DNA of 64,000 nucleotides from contig OY776510.1 of assembly GCA_963675665.1 (NCBI GenBank), forward strand, positions 4,800,001-4,864,000. The letters are read 5' to 3'. The notes beneath the pieces are model-generated. The model did no database searches, had not been told where the DNA came from, and saw only the letters and a program-made list of their open reading frames with translations. Source of the stretch: Spirochaetia bacterium (GTDB lineage: Bacteria > Spirochaetota > Spirochaetia > UBA9216). Shown here piece after piece: positions 1 through 9,134 of the stretch. Numbering within the stretch: the stretch's first letter is position 1; each line of letters opens with the position of its first letter. A program made the position numbers and the translations under genes.

Positions 1-137
1 TACCGTTCATCGGAAACCTTCTTCTCGACGGCTTTATTATCAACCTGCTGCTGAGCTGCAGGTTCATCCTTCGTGCAGCCTGAAAAAATTAATGCAATAG
101 TCATTAAAATCAATAAGCTTAAAAATATTTTCTTCAT
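1..137 (-). CDS. Lipoprotein, probable sugar ABC substrate-binding protein (5' part only, runs off window start)
   Basis: Not in the ORF track. Manual translation MKKIFLSLLILMTIALIFSGCTKDEPAAQQQV... with lipobox FSGC and GGAG RBS at about 147-150; follows an ABC operon. Confidence 0.75.
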   Translation of the reverse strand, partial: MKKIFLSLLILMTIALIFSGCTKDEPAAQQQVDNKAVEKKVSDER

Positions 138-199
138 AATAAAATTCTCCTGTTTCAATTGCTGGAGTAAAAAATCTCCCTGAATTATAACCCTTGAAA

Positions 200-1180
200 T
201 TAATCCCAGGGAAGTTTTGTTCCTCTGATTTCTTCAATATTCTCCATTGTGGTGACGGAGCCTGAAGAATCAAGAATTATCATATTATCCACGCTTCCGC
301 CGTTAATCAGAGTCAGCAGACTCTGCACTCCTACATAACCCATATCGTAAAAACTGTATCCTACCAACATCTGGGTCATACCGGACTCCAGAAAATCAAG
401 CATCGGATAAAAATTGTCGATACTTACCACCAGATTTCCGGCATCAACAAAATCTTTAACGGTACCCAGGGATTCAGGCGGAGCAAAAAACGGCCAGCCG
501 CCGATAAAAAACCATCCGTCAAGATTCGGATTCGCATTGGTAAAATCATCAATTACCTGTACTGCTTTATTTATGTCGTCTTCACAGGTCTGTATGGATA
601 CAATTTCAACATTGGAACCTTTTATTCCGTCTTTAAACCCTCGTATTCTTTCTTCAAGATTGAAGGCTCCGAGAATACCGGTAAGAAGAGCTGTTTCAAC
701 CTTTCCCGGTTTTTCTGAAGCAAGCTCCGAATATAACTTTCCTCCGAGCTTGCCAACATCATAGTTATCGATTCCTACATAAAATGCTCTGTCGCTGTCC
801 GGCGCATCTGAATCAAAAGTCGCCACATAGATGCCGTCAGCCATTGCCTTTGCAATGACATCATTCAGAGCCGACGGGTCATTACAGCTAATCAGCATTC
901 CGTCAACACCCTTTTGAATAAGCCCCTCAAGCACCTGGACCTGCTCTGCTGCATCACTTTTAAAACCTGCAGTCCAGATCAGCTCTATACCGAGCTCTTC
1001 AGCGGCTTTTTCAGCGCCTGCCTTGGTATCAAGGAACACAGGATTATCCATTGCCTTGGGGACAACCGCGATGGTTACCTTGCCGTTTTCAGCGCCTTTT
1101 CCTGCAGCATCCTGCTGACCGCCGGCAAAAAGAACGCCAGCCGCTATCAGCATCAGCCCGATTAGTAAGATTTTTTTCAT
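200..1180 (-). CDS. Sugar ABC transporter substrate-binding protein (RbsB-like)
   Basis: Signal peptide MKKILL...LFAGGQQD; motifs VPKAMDNPVF, TFDSD, ERIRGF; start set at ATG 1180 behind GGAGG. Confidence 0.9.
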   Translation of the reverse strand: MKKILLIGLMLIAAGVLFAGGQQDAAGKGAENGKVTIAVVPKAMDNPVFLDTKAGAEKAAEELGIELIWTAGFKSDAAEQVQVLEGLIQKGVDGMLISCNDPSALNDVIAKAMADGIYVATFDSDAPDSDRAFYVGIDNYDVGKLGGKLYSELASEKPGKVETALLTGILGAFNLEERIRGFKDGIKGSNVEIVSIQTCEDDINKAVQVIDDFTNANPNLDGWFFIGGWPFFAPPESLGTVKDFVDAGNLVVSIDNFYPMLDFLESGMTQMLVGYSFYDMGYVGVQSLLTLINGGSVDNMIILDSSGSVTTMENIEEIRGTKLPWD

Positions 1181-1230
1181 AATCTCTCCTCCTGAAAATA
1201 TTTGTTCCATAAATAATTATGGTTAACCCC

Positions 1231-2199
1231 TTATTTTGTTTTACGCTTGCTTGCCTGATCTCCGGCAATTGCGATTAAGATGACAATCCCGATTACGGTC
1301 TGTTGCCAGTACGGGGATACGTTAAGCAATATCAGTCCGTTTCTCAGCACCCCCATGATTGCCGCCCCGAGCATCGCCCCTACCACGGTTCCCTTTCCGC
1401 CCGACAGGCTTGCCCCGCCTATAATTACCGCAGCTATGACATCGAGTTCATAGCCTGTTCCTGATGTAGACTGGGCAACACCCAGCCTCGAAGTTGTAAT
1501 AATTCCCGACATTGCGGACAGAAACCCGCACAGAGAATAGATGACCACCTTAATTTTATTTACCTCTATACCGGAAATCTCAGCCGCCTCTTCATTGCCT
1601 CCTACAGCAAAAACCCGTCTCCCGAAAACAGTGCGTTCCAGAAGAAAAGAGAAGATAACAACAATCAACACCATATAAACAACCGGAAGCGGGATAATCC
1701 AGAGATAACCCTGGCCGATCGTATTGAAGCCGGACGGCGTCCGTATCGGATATCCGGTTGTAAGGGCATAAGCAAGGCCCCTTGCAACACTAAGCATACC
1801 AAGTGTCGCTATAAATGGCGGAATCCTGAGCAGTGTGATAAGAAATCCGTTCGCCATACCGAAAGCTGTTCCGGCGGCAAGCCCGATAAGAATCGAAACC
1901 GCGGGATTGAATCCTATTTTCTGGATAAAGAAAGCTGTCAGCAGACCGGTAAACCCGAATATTGAGCCGACAGATAAATCCACTCCGGCACTTATGATTA
2001 CAAAACACTGACCGACCGCAATGATCGCAATATACGAAAAAGCCCTCATGACCGAAAAGAGATTCTTCTGTGTCAGGAAATTGTCTGTAGCCAACGTCAG
2101 AAACAGCGACAACAGAACCAGTATCATCAATACGCTGAAATTCTTCATTTTCCCAAGATTTTTCAACTTAATCTTTTTATTTAATAATTCTTCAACCAT
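1231..2199 (-). CDS. Sugar ABC transporter permease (RbsC-like)
   Basis: GVDLSVGS, PPFIATLG, AVGGNEEAA, YELDVIAAVIIGGASLSGGKG. Confidence 0.93.
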   Translation of the reverse strand: MVEELLNKKIKLKNLGKMKNFSVLMILVLLSLFLTLATDNFLTQKNLFSVMRAFSYIAIIAVGQCFVIISAGVDLSVGSIFGFTGLLTAFFIQKIGFNPAVSILIGLAAGTAFGMANGFLITLLRIPPFIATLGMLSVARGLAYALTTGYPIRTPSGFNTIGQGYLWIIPLPVVYMVLIVVIFSFLLERTVFGRRVFAVGGNEEAAEISGIEVNKIKVVIYSLCGFLSAMSGIITTSRLGVAQSTSGTGYELDVIAAVIIGGASLSGGKGTVVGAMLGAAIMGVLRNGLILLNVSPYWQQTVIGIVILIAIAGDQASKRKTK

Positions 2200-2228
2200 T
2201 CATGAACTCCATTATTTATTTAAAATTA

Positions 2229-3722
2229 TCAGCAGGAACCGGAAGAAAGCGCGGTACTCATAATCATCTCCTGAGTTGCTTCAGAACCTTCAAGAGTACC
2301 CTTCCAGACTCCTTCGTGCATCACCACAATACGGTCCGACATTGACAGAATTTCAACCAGTTCCGAACTAATCATGATGATCGAAACTCCCTGTTTAGAC
2401 AGCTCATTGATAATATGATAAATTTCCTTTTTGGCTCCGACATCAATGCCGCGGGTAGGTTCATCAAGAATCAATATTTTAGGATTTGTCGACAGCCATT
2501 TTGCCAGCACGACCTTCTGCTGATTTCCGCCGCTGAGACTTGAAACCTCCGAATCTTCGTCCGGAGTCTTCAACTTCAGTTTTTCAATAAAATTAATTGA
2601 AATTTCTTTTTCCGCTTTACGATTAATTATTCCGCAGCTGCTTATTCTATTGAGATTTGCCATCGAAATGTTTTCCCTGACGGACAGGTCAAGAATCAGC
2701 CCCTGTTTCTTTCGGTCTTCCGGAACAAATCCGATGTTGTGAGCTATAGCCTTTGAAGGATGTTTTATTCTGACTTCACCACCTTCAAGGAAGATTCTGC
2801 CTCCGGTAATTTTATCCAGCCCGAAGAGAGCCCTCATCACCTCAGATCTGCCCGCGCCGACAAGGCCGGCAAAACCAAGAACTTCACCCTTTCGAAGGGA
2901 AAAACTTACATTCCTGACTCCATTATCCGTACTGAGATTTTCAACCCTCAGAACCTCCTTGCCTGCAGGATTCCTCGTTTTCTCAAACATAGTCTCAAGT
3001 TTTCGCCCGACCATCAGGGTAATTATTTCCTCTTCACTTGTCTGGTCCAGCCTGAGGGTATCAATATGCTTTCCGTCCCGAAGAATTTGAACACGATCGC
3101 AAAGACTGAAGATTTCTTCCATTTTATGCGAGACATAAACAATTGCTACACCGTCTCTTTTAAGTTCTTCTATAATTGCAAAAAGAATTTCAGCTTCAGC
3201 ATCCGTTAGACTTGATGTAGGTTCATCCATTATGATAATTTCGGACTCAAACGAAAGAGCTTTTGCAATCTCAACCATCTGTTTTTGCGAAACAGAAAGT
3301 TCATCGATCAGGGTATCCGGTTTAATTTTCAACCCGACTTTTTCAAGCAGAACAGAGGCGGCTTCCCGCATTCCGGTTTCATTTATTATTCCTGCTGCCG
3401 ACGTTATTTCTCTTCCTATAAAGATATTATCTGCAATACTCATGTTCGGAAGAAGATTAAGCTCCTGATGAATAATGCTTATTCCCAGTTCTTCCGCCTG
3501 TTTCGGATGCTGAATATCTATTTTTTCTCCGTTGTACTCCACATACCCGCTGTCTTTATGGATTATTCCGCCGATTATTTTAATCAATGTTGATTTTCCG
3601 GCGCCGTTTTCACCAATAAGTCCCAGTACCTCACCTTTTTTCAGTGAGAAATCCACATTTCCCAGGGCCTGTACCCCTGGAAATGATTTTGAAATATTCT
3701 TCATCATATAGAATTCAGACAT
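2229..3722 (-). CDS. Sugar ABC transporter ATP-binding protein (RbsA/MglA-like, tandem NBD)
   Basis: GENGAGKST, MDEPT, LSGGNQQK, DEPTRGIDVGAK; start moved to ATG 3722 (or 3725) behind GAGGT. Confidence 0.93.
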   Translation of the reverse strand: MSEFYMMKNISKSFPGVQALGNVDFSLKKGEVLGLIGENGAGKSTLIKIIGGIIHKDSGYVEYNGEKIDIQHPKQAEELGISIIHQELNLLPNMSIADNIFIGREITSAAGIINETGMREAASVLLEKVGLKIKPDTLIDELSVSQKQMVEIAKALSFESEIIIMDEPTSSLTDAEAEILFAIIEELKRDGVAIVYVSHKMEEIFSLCDRVQILRDGKHIDTLRLDQTSEEEIITLMVGRKLETMFEKTRNPAGKEVLRVENLSTDNGVRNVSFSLRKGEVLGFAGLVGAGRSEVMRALFGLDKITGGRIFLEGGEVRIKHPSKAIAHNIGFVPEDRKKQGLILDLSVRENISMANLNRISSCGIINRKAEKEISINFIEKLKLKTPDEDSEVSSLSGGNQQKVVLAKWLSTNPKILILDEPTRGIDVGAKKEIYHIINELSKQGVSIIMISSELVEILSMSDRIVVMHEGVWKGTLEGSEATQEMIMSTALSSGSC

Positions 3723-3743
3723 CATATACCTCATGCCACTAAA

Positions 3744-3760
3744 CGCAAGAAAGATGCCAA
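3744..3760 (-). promoter_or_regulatory. sigma54 (-24/-12) promoter of the sugar ABC operon
   Basis: Minus strand TTGGCATCTTTCTTGCG = GG-N10-GC, about 20 bp upstream of the ATPase start and next to a sigma54 activator gene. Confidence 0.75.
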
Positions 3761-3830
3761 AAAACTGTGAATTCAAATATTTTATAATTGCTTATGATAT
3801 ATGGAAATAAATTGAACAGAAAAAAAACTG

Positions 3831-3859
3831 TTGACAAACCCTTGCACATTATGTATAGT
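3831..3859 (+). promoter_or_regulatory. sigma70 promoter of the two-component genes, overlapped by TTGCACAT repeats
   Basis: TTGACA-N17-TATAGT; TTGCACAT at 3842 and 3862. Confidence 0.65.
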
Positions 3860-3882
3860 TATTGCACATATTGAGGTTTACT

Positions 3883-5208
3883 ATGTGTGCAGAAATATTG
3901 ATTGTCGACGATAATATAAATGTATCGAAAAGTCTAAGTGATAATTTTGAGCATTTCGGATTTAAGTGTGATACAACCGAAAACGGACTTGATGCTATTA
4001 ATGCGGTACTTTCATATAATTACAGGCTTGTTCTTCTTGACCTTAAACTGGGTTCAGAAAACGGTATAGAAATTCTTAAAAAAATAAAATCGATAAACGA
4101 AATTCTGCCTGTAATTCTTATAACCGGTTTCGGAACTATAGACACAGCCATCGAAGCAATGAAAGGCGGAGCATATGACTATATAGAAAAACCCATCAAC
4201 TTCGACAAGTTGCTGGGAATTTCGAAAAATGCAATAGAAATATATAACCTTAAAATTGAAAACAGAAAATTAACATCTCAGCTGGAAAATTCCCAACTCT
4301 CAACAAAATCAACAAAAATGATGCAGGTTATTGAGAATGCAATCATCCTGGCAAAATCTCCGCTTCCGATTCTTCTTCTGGGCGAAAGCGGTTCAGGAAA
4401 GGATGTTTTTGCCGAACTGATACATAATAACTCGGATCGTAAAGCCCTCCAGATGGAAAAAATAAATTCTGCGGCATTTCCTGAAACCCTGCTGGATAAC
4501 GAACTTTTCGGACATGAAAAAGATGCATATACAGGAGCAAACAGTCTCTTTAAAGGAGTTTTTGAGCGGGCTCATAACAGCACACTTTTTCTCGATGAAA
4601 TAGGAGACATGCCACTGTCAATTCAGGCAAAAATTCTTCGGGCCATCCAGAATCAGGAAATAAGGAGACTCGGGGGGTCTGTAAATATAAAGATAAATAC
4701 AAGATTTATAGCCGCAACCAATAAAAATATAGATGAATTGATGGAAAAAAATCTTTTCAGAGAGGACTTATTTTACAGACTTAATTCCGGTATTCTTAAA
4801 ATCCCGCCGCTGCGAGAGCATACTGAAGATATCCCCGCACTGTGTAAATGTTTTATAACGGAACATTGCAAACAGACTAACTCGGATCCGAGAATAGTAT
4901 CTGAAAATGTATATGACCGGTTTATGAATTACAGCTGGCCCGGCAATATCCGGGAACTTAAAAGCACAATAGTGTACGCGCTTACCATATCGAGAAATAA
5001 TAAAATTGAACTGGACGATCTTCCTGAATACATCACAAGCAGAAATAAGAAAATAATCTCATCAGCCGCTCCGGCAAATAACTCTGAAAAGCAGCAGATT
5101 ATTGAAGCTCTTCAAAAGGCAAAATATAATAAAACGAAAGCAGCAGAACTTCTGAACATAAGCCGGCGGACTTTATATAACAAGATGGATTCCTATGGCA
5201 TCGATTAA
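3883..5208 (+). CDS. sigma54-dependent response regulator (NtrC/AtoC family: REC-AAA+-Fis HTH)
   Basis: IVDD...LLDL...EKP receiver; GESGSGKD; ELFGHEKDAYTGA; LFLDEIG; FREDLFYRL; WPGNIREL; KAAELLNISRRTLY; ATG 3883 behind GAGGT. Confidence 0.93.
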   Translation: MCAEILIVDDNINVSKSLSDNFEHFGFKCDTTENGLDAINAVLSYNYRLVLLDLKLGSENGIEILKKIKSINEILPVILITGFGTIDTAIEAMKGGAYDYIEKPINFDKLLGISKNAIEIYNLKIENRKLTSQLENSQLSTKSTKMMQVIENAIILAKSPLPILLLGESGSGKDVFAELIHNNSDRKALQMEKINSAAFPETLLDNELFGHEKDAYTGANSLFKGVFERAHNSTLFLDEIGDMPLSIQAKILRAIQNQEIRRLGGSVNIKINTRFIAATNKNIDELMEKNLFREDLFYRLNSGILKIPPLREHTEDIPALCKCFITEHCKQTNSDPRIVSENVYDRFMNYSWPGNIRELKSTIVYALTISRNNKIELDDLPEYITSRNKKIISSAAPANNSEKQQIIEALQKAKYNKTKAAELLNISRRTLYNKMDSYGID

Positions 5209-7018
5209 TGCTTTGCTCACACTTAATGACATTTCTCTCTACAATGAAAATTTCGAAATTTTAAGCAAAATCAATCTCTCGCTCTTCCCGTCTGAAATTC
5301 ATTGTATTCTAGGAAAATACGGCAGCGGAAAATCAGAGCTGGCAAGAGTTCTGCGGGGCAGATTACGACCCGGAAAAGGTTTTATAGAAATTGATAATAA
5401 AAAATTCTCCTGGCTGAAGATAAAAGATTCCATAAAACTGGGGATTGCAGTTTTTCAACATGAAGATCTTTTCCAGGAAAATATAAAAGCCAAGGAATAT
5501 CTGTATGATAAATATTATTCCCATAATCTTACAATTCTCTCGGTTAAAAAAATAGACTCCTATTATTCACAGGTTGCAGAGAAATATTCTCTTACCTTCA
5601 GCGGCAACTGTGAACTCGGAGAGCTTACCATCTCGGAAAAATACTATCTCGGAATAGTAAGAATACTTGAGAAAAATCCAAAGATAATAGTTCTTGATGA
5701 AATTCTGGATAAACTGGACAAACGGTTTTTAATACCGGTAATGGAGTTACTTGAAGAAAAAAAAAGGCAGGGCTCAAACATCCTGATAATAACCAATAAT
5801 ATTGATGAGGTCTATAATATTGCAGAGCGGGTTTCAATCATTAAAAACGGAAGAATAATTTATACAGATTTTGTAAAGGAAATCGAAAAGATAAATCTTA
5901 TCAAACTTGCTTATGCTGAAATATCGCAAACCTATCCGGAAGATGAAGAAGATTTTTATCATCTTCTTAAATATAACGAAGCGATTCTCCTGGAACTGCC
6001 TTTAAATCTTATTATTATTGACAAAAACATGAAAGTAAAAATAGCCAATAGGAATGCCTGCGAGTTCTACAGACTTAAGAATACGCACATGGAATCAGTG
6101 ATGCTGGAAGATCTCTTTAAAGGGAATCAGCACGTCTTCAAGGTCTTAAAAAAGGCATTTCAGCAAAGAGAAGCAAAGGTTATATACAATTCTGTTCTTT
6201 CCTTCAATAATTCAAAACTGATAACCAATATAAAAACCTACCCTGTATTCGACGGTCCGGATTTCATTGGTTTTATAATTGCCCTTGAAGACGTAACTGT
6301 ACAGGAGAATATCCGCAAACAGCTTTACATGTCTGAGAACCTGTCTTCCATCGGACTCTTATCTGCAGGCGTTGCACATGAAATTAACAATCCCCTTGAA
6401 ATAATCTCAAACTGCACAAGTTATCTAAAGTACAATATAGACGATCCGGTACTTAATGATAAAATCAGAACCATTGAAGGGGAAATAGAGTCGATATCCA
6501 GTATTATAAGTAATTTAGTCGGCATAAGTCATAACAAGAGAGAGAAATTGGAACATTTTAATCTATTCAAGCTCATCGACACGCTCCAAACCTTATTATC
6601 GAAAAGTCTGTCGACAAAAAGGATAACGCTTCATCTGAGAAAGAGTAGTACCGAGATAGGTGTTTTTGCAGACATTACAGAGATAAAACAAATATTCCTA
6701 AACCTGATCAAGAACAGTATTGAATCAATAGGCTCAGACGGTAATATCTATATAGATCTTTTAAAAATCGACAGTAATAATATTCAAATATCCATAACCG
6801 ATGACGGAAACGGCATAGACGAGAATATGGTCAACAACCTTTTTCTTCCGTTTTATTCAACCAAATATGATGTTGGCAAGAATCAGGGACTTGGTCTGTA
6901 TATCATCTATGGAATAATAAAAAAGTATAACGGCGAAATAGAAGTTAAAAACCTGGATAAAGGCTGCTGTTTTACAATAAGAATGCCTATATTATTTGAT
7001 CTGAATAAAAATCTCTAA
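5195..7018 (+). CDS. Histidine kinase with N-terminal ABC-ATPase-like domain and PAS-like domain
   Basis: N-terminal GKYGSGKS (Walker A) and IIVLDE (Walker B); PAS-like LPLNLIIID...AN; H-box GVAHEINNPL, N-box QIFLNLIKNS, DDGNGI, LFLPFYSTK, GLGL; no TM segment seen. Confidence 0.88.
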   Translation: MASINALLTLNDISLYNENFEILSKINLSLFPSEIHCILGKYGSGKSELARVLRGRLRPGKGFIEIDNKKFSWLKIKDSIKLGIAVFQHEDLFQENIKAKEYLYDKYYSHNLTILSVKKIDSYYSQVAEKYSLTFSGNCELGELTISEKYYLGIVRILEKNPKIIVLDEILDKLDKRFLIPVMELLEEKKRQGSNILIITNNIDEVYNIAERVSIIKNGRIIYTDFVKEIEKINLIKLAYAEISQTYPEDEEDFYHLLKYNEAILLELPLNLIIIDKNMKVKIANRNACEFYRLKNTHMESVMLEDLFKGNQHVFKVLKKAFQQREAKVIYNSVLSFNNSKLITNIKTYPVFDGPDFIGFIIALEDVTVQENIRKQLYMSENLSSIGLLSAGVAHEINNPLEIISNCTSYLKYNIDDPVLNDKIRTIEGEIESISSIISNLVGISHNKREKLEHFNLFKLIDTLQTLLSKSLSTKRITLHLRKSSTEIGVFADITEIKQIFLNLIKNSIESIGSDGNIYIDLLKIDSNNIQISITDDGNGIDENMVNNLFLPFYSTKYDVGKNQGLGLYIIYGIIKKYNGEIEVKNLDKGCCFTIRMPILFDLNKNL

Positions 7019-7103
7019 ACATAAATAAAACGGTCCCTGTAGACAAAATATTAATTATCTGCCCCCTTGATCACAATGCAACATCTATGGATATTAAATA
7101 TTA

Positions 7104-7967
7104 ATGACAAACAAACTTGCTGCATCCAGGCTAAAACCGATCCTGCTTGTTCTTACTGCTACACTTCTCTTCAGCATAGGGGCACCGATAGGGAAAATTA
7201 CATCAAGCTCGCCGTTTGTACTTACCTTTTTCAGATGTCTTACCGGACTTATTGTTTTCGCCATAGTACATATTATCAAAGGCCGCGGTCCGCTGTTTAT
7301 AGTCAAATCTGAATTTATAATCGGTGGAGCTCTCTATGCTTCAACTTCAATTTGCTTCTATATAGCATTGAATTACACAACAGCGGCAAACGTTACGGTA
7401 CTGGGAAATACATCTCCCTTCTTTCTGGCTATTTTGGGATTCCTGTTCCTTCATGAAAAACCTTTAAACCGGGACTGGATTATTTTGCTGTTAATAATGT
7501 CCGGAATTTTCCTGTGTTTCAAGAGCGGGTTATCATTCAAGGGAGCAAGAGGCGATCTTCTGTCGCTGCTGGCCGGATTTCTTTTTTCAATTTTAGTTGT
7601 AATATTAAAGAAATGTGATTCGGAAAATACCATGCAACCTCTTATCTGGGGAAGCCTGATTGCATCCATAGCAACTCTACCTGCACTATTCAGTCCGGGA
7701 GCTATCATCCTGAAGAATATTCCTTTTTTTATAATTCTCGGTATCTTTCAGATGGCTATACCGTTTTTTCTTTATGCGAAAGGGCAACAAAGTATGGGAG
7801 CTATGGAAGCATCACTTTTCAAACTTCTTGAACCGGTCGCAGCTACAATCTGGACCGCTTTACTTGTAGGCGAGATTCCGACACTTTATTCAATAATCGG
7901 CGGAGTCCTGGTGATTGCCGCTCTTTTTTGCAAAACCTTTCTTGAGTATCGCAACAGCTTAAAATAA
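7104..7967 (+). CDS. EamA/DMT family transporter
   Basis: About 10 hydrophobic segments; TTAANVT, FLHEK, LEPVAA, LVGE..T...IIGG. Confidence 0.88.
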   Translation: MTNKLAASRLKPILLVLTATLLFSIGAPIGKITSSSPFVLTFFRCLTGLIVFAIVHIIKGRGPLFIVKSEFIIGGALYASTSICFYIALNYTTAANVTVLGNTSPFFLAILGFLFLHEKPLNRDWIILLLIMSGIFLCFKSGLSFKGARGDLLSLLAGFLFSILVVILKKCDSENTMQPLIWGSLIASIATLPALFSPGAIILKNIPFFIILGIFQMAIPFFLYAKGQQSMGAMEASLFKLLEPVAATIWTALLVGEIPTLYSIIGGVLVIAALFCKTFLEYRNSLK

Positions 7968-7970
7968 AAT

Positions 7971-8034
7971 TTGACAGCACAATTATCCTGTGTTACTATG
8001 TTTTCTATCAGAAACTTGGTTTCTAATTAGAAAC
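7971..8034 (+). promoter_or_regulatory. sigma70 promoter and tandem palindromic operators of the TRAP-kduID operon
   Basis: TTGACA-N17-TACTAT with extended TG; GTTTTCTATCAGAAAC (8000-8015) and perfect palindrome GTTTCTAATTAGAAAC (8019-8034). Confidence 0.7.
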
Positions 8035-8048
8035 AATGGAGGAAAAAA

Positions 8049-9065
8049 ATGAAAAGGATAATTGCATGCCTGATAGCAGTAATTCTGCTTGCAGGAGTCG
8101 CGTTTGCTGAAGGACAGCAGGAGAAAGCGGGCGGGGATGAGGCCCAGAAAACCTATGTATTCAAATATGCTCATACCCAGTCACCAAACCATCCGAGAAG
8201 TAAATCGATGGACTTCTTCAAAGAACAGCTTGAGAAAGCAAGTAACGGAAGAATCAAGGTTGAACTTTATTTTAATGGTGTTCTGGGGACAGAAGCTGAA
8301 GTTCTTGACATGGTAAAACTCGGCGACATACAGGGAAGCCGCGGGGGCCTGTTTGAAAGAGCAAACAAAAAGTTCCTGATTTATACTCTTCCCTTTATGT
8401 TTAATAATACCGATCAGGTTCAGGAAGTAATGTTCGGCCCGATTGGACAGGAGATTAACAAGGGTGCACTTGCCAACGGTATATATATTCCTGCTACCGG
8501 TGTTGCCGGCGGATTCAGAAATATCACCAATAACGTTCGTCCGATTAATACCGTAGCCGATCTCAAGGGACTTAAAATGAGGACGCCGCCGATTGATATG
8601 ACAATTAAAACATTTAAAGCTCTGGGCGCAAATCCTCAGCAGGTTGCATATACAGAAACCTACATGGCTCTTAAAACAGGCGTTGTAGACGGACAGGAAA
8701 ACCCGTTCTCCAACACTGTTGATATGAAATTCTACGAAGCACAGAAATATCTATCTCTTGTAAACTGGCAAATTCATCCGGATCCTTTCTATGTAAACCC
8801 CGACTGGTATAACTCGCTTTCTGACGACCTGAAAGCAATTTTCGACTCAGTTGCTGAATCGACCATAAAATATTCCAACGAAAAATGGCTCGGGAGTGAA
8901 AAGGATTATTTCTATACTCTCAAGGAAAATCTTGAAGTAAACGAAGTAAGCGCTGCAAATCATGCAGGATTCGTAAAAGCCGCCGAACCGGTTTGGCAAG
9001 GTTATGTTGACGACGGGTTCTTCACATGGGATGAGATAAACGCAATACTCGACTCTGTTAAATAG
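8049..9065 (+). CDS. dctP: TRAP transporter substrate-binding protein
   Basis: GFRN, DLKGLKMRT, ALKTGVVDGQENP. Confidence 0.92.
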   Translation: MKRIIACLIAVILLAGVAFAEGQQEKAGGDEAQKTYVFKYAHTQSPNHPRSKSMDFFKEQLEKASNGRIKVELYFNGVLGTEAEVLDMVKLGDIQGSRGGLFERANKKFLIYTLPFMFNNTDQVQEVMFGPIGQEINKGALANGIYIPATGVAGGFRNITNNVRPINTVADLKGLKMRTPPIDMTIKTFKALGANPQQVAYTETYMALKTGVVDGQENPFSNTVDMKFYEAQKYLSLVNWQIHPDPFYVNPDWYNSLSDDLKAIFDSVAESTIKYSNEKWLGSEKDYFYTLKENLEVNEVSAANHAGFVKAAEPVWQGYVDDGFFTWDEINAILDSVK

Positions 9066-9083
9066 GATTATATTCGATAAAAC

Positions 9084-9106
9084 ACCGGGGCCTGTTAAGC
9101 CCCGGT
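9084..9106 (+). terminator. Stem-loop after dctP
   Basis: ACCGGGGC-N7-GCCCCGGT. Confidence 0.55.
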
Positions 9107-9134
9107 AATCTTTTAGAGGGAGAATTCCAATACT

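Noticed and set aside
64-273. 69-aa minus-strand ORF in the track
   Set aside because: Overlaps the SBP end and the better supported lipoprotein ORF starting at 137; no motifs
5195-5920. Treating the ABC-like domain as a separate or frameshifted gene
   Set aside because: Single uninterrupted 607-codon frame into the kinase core
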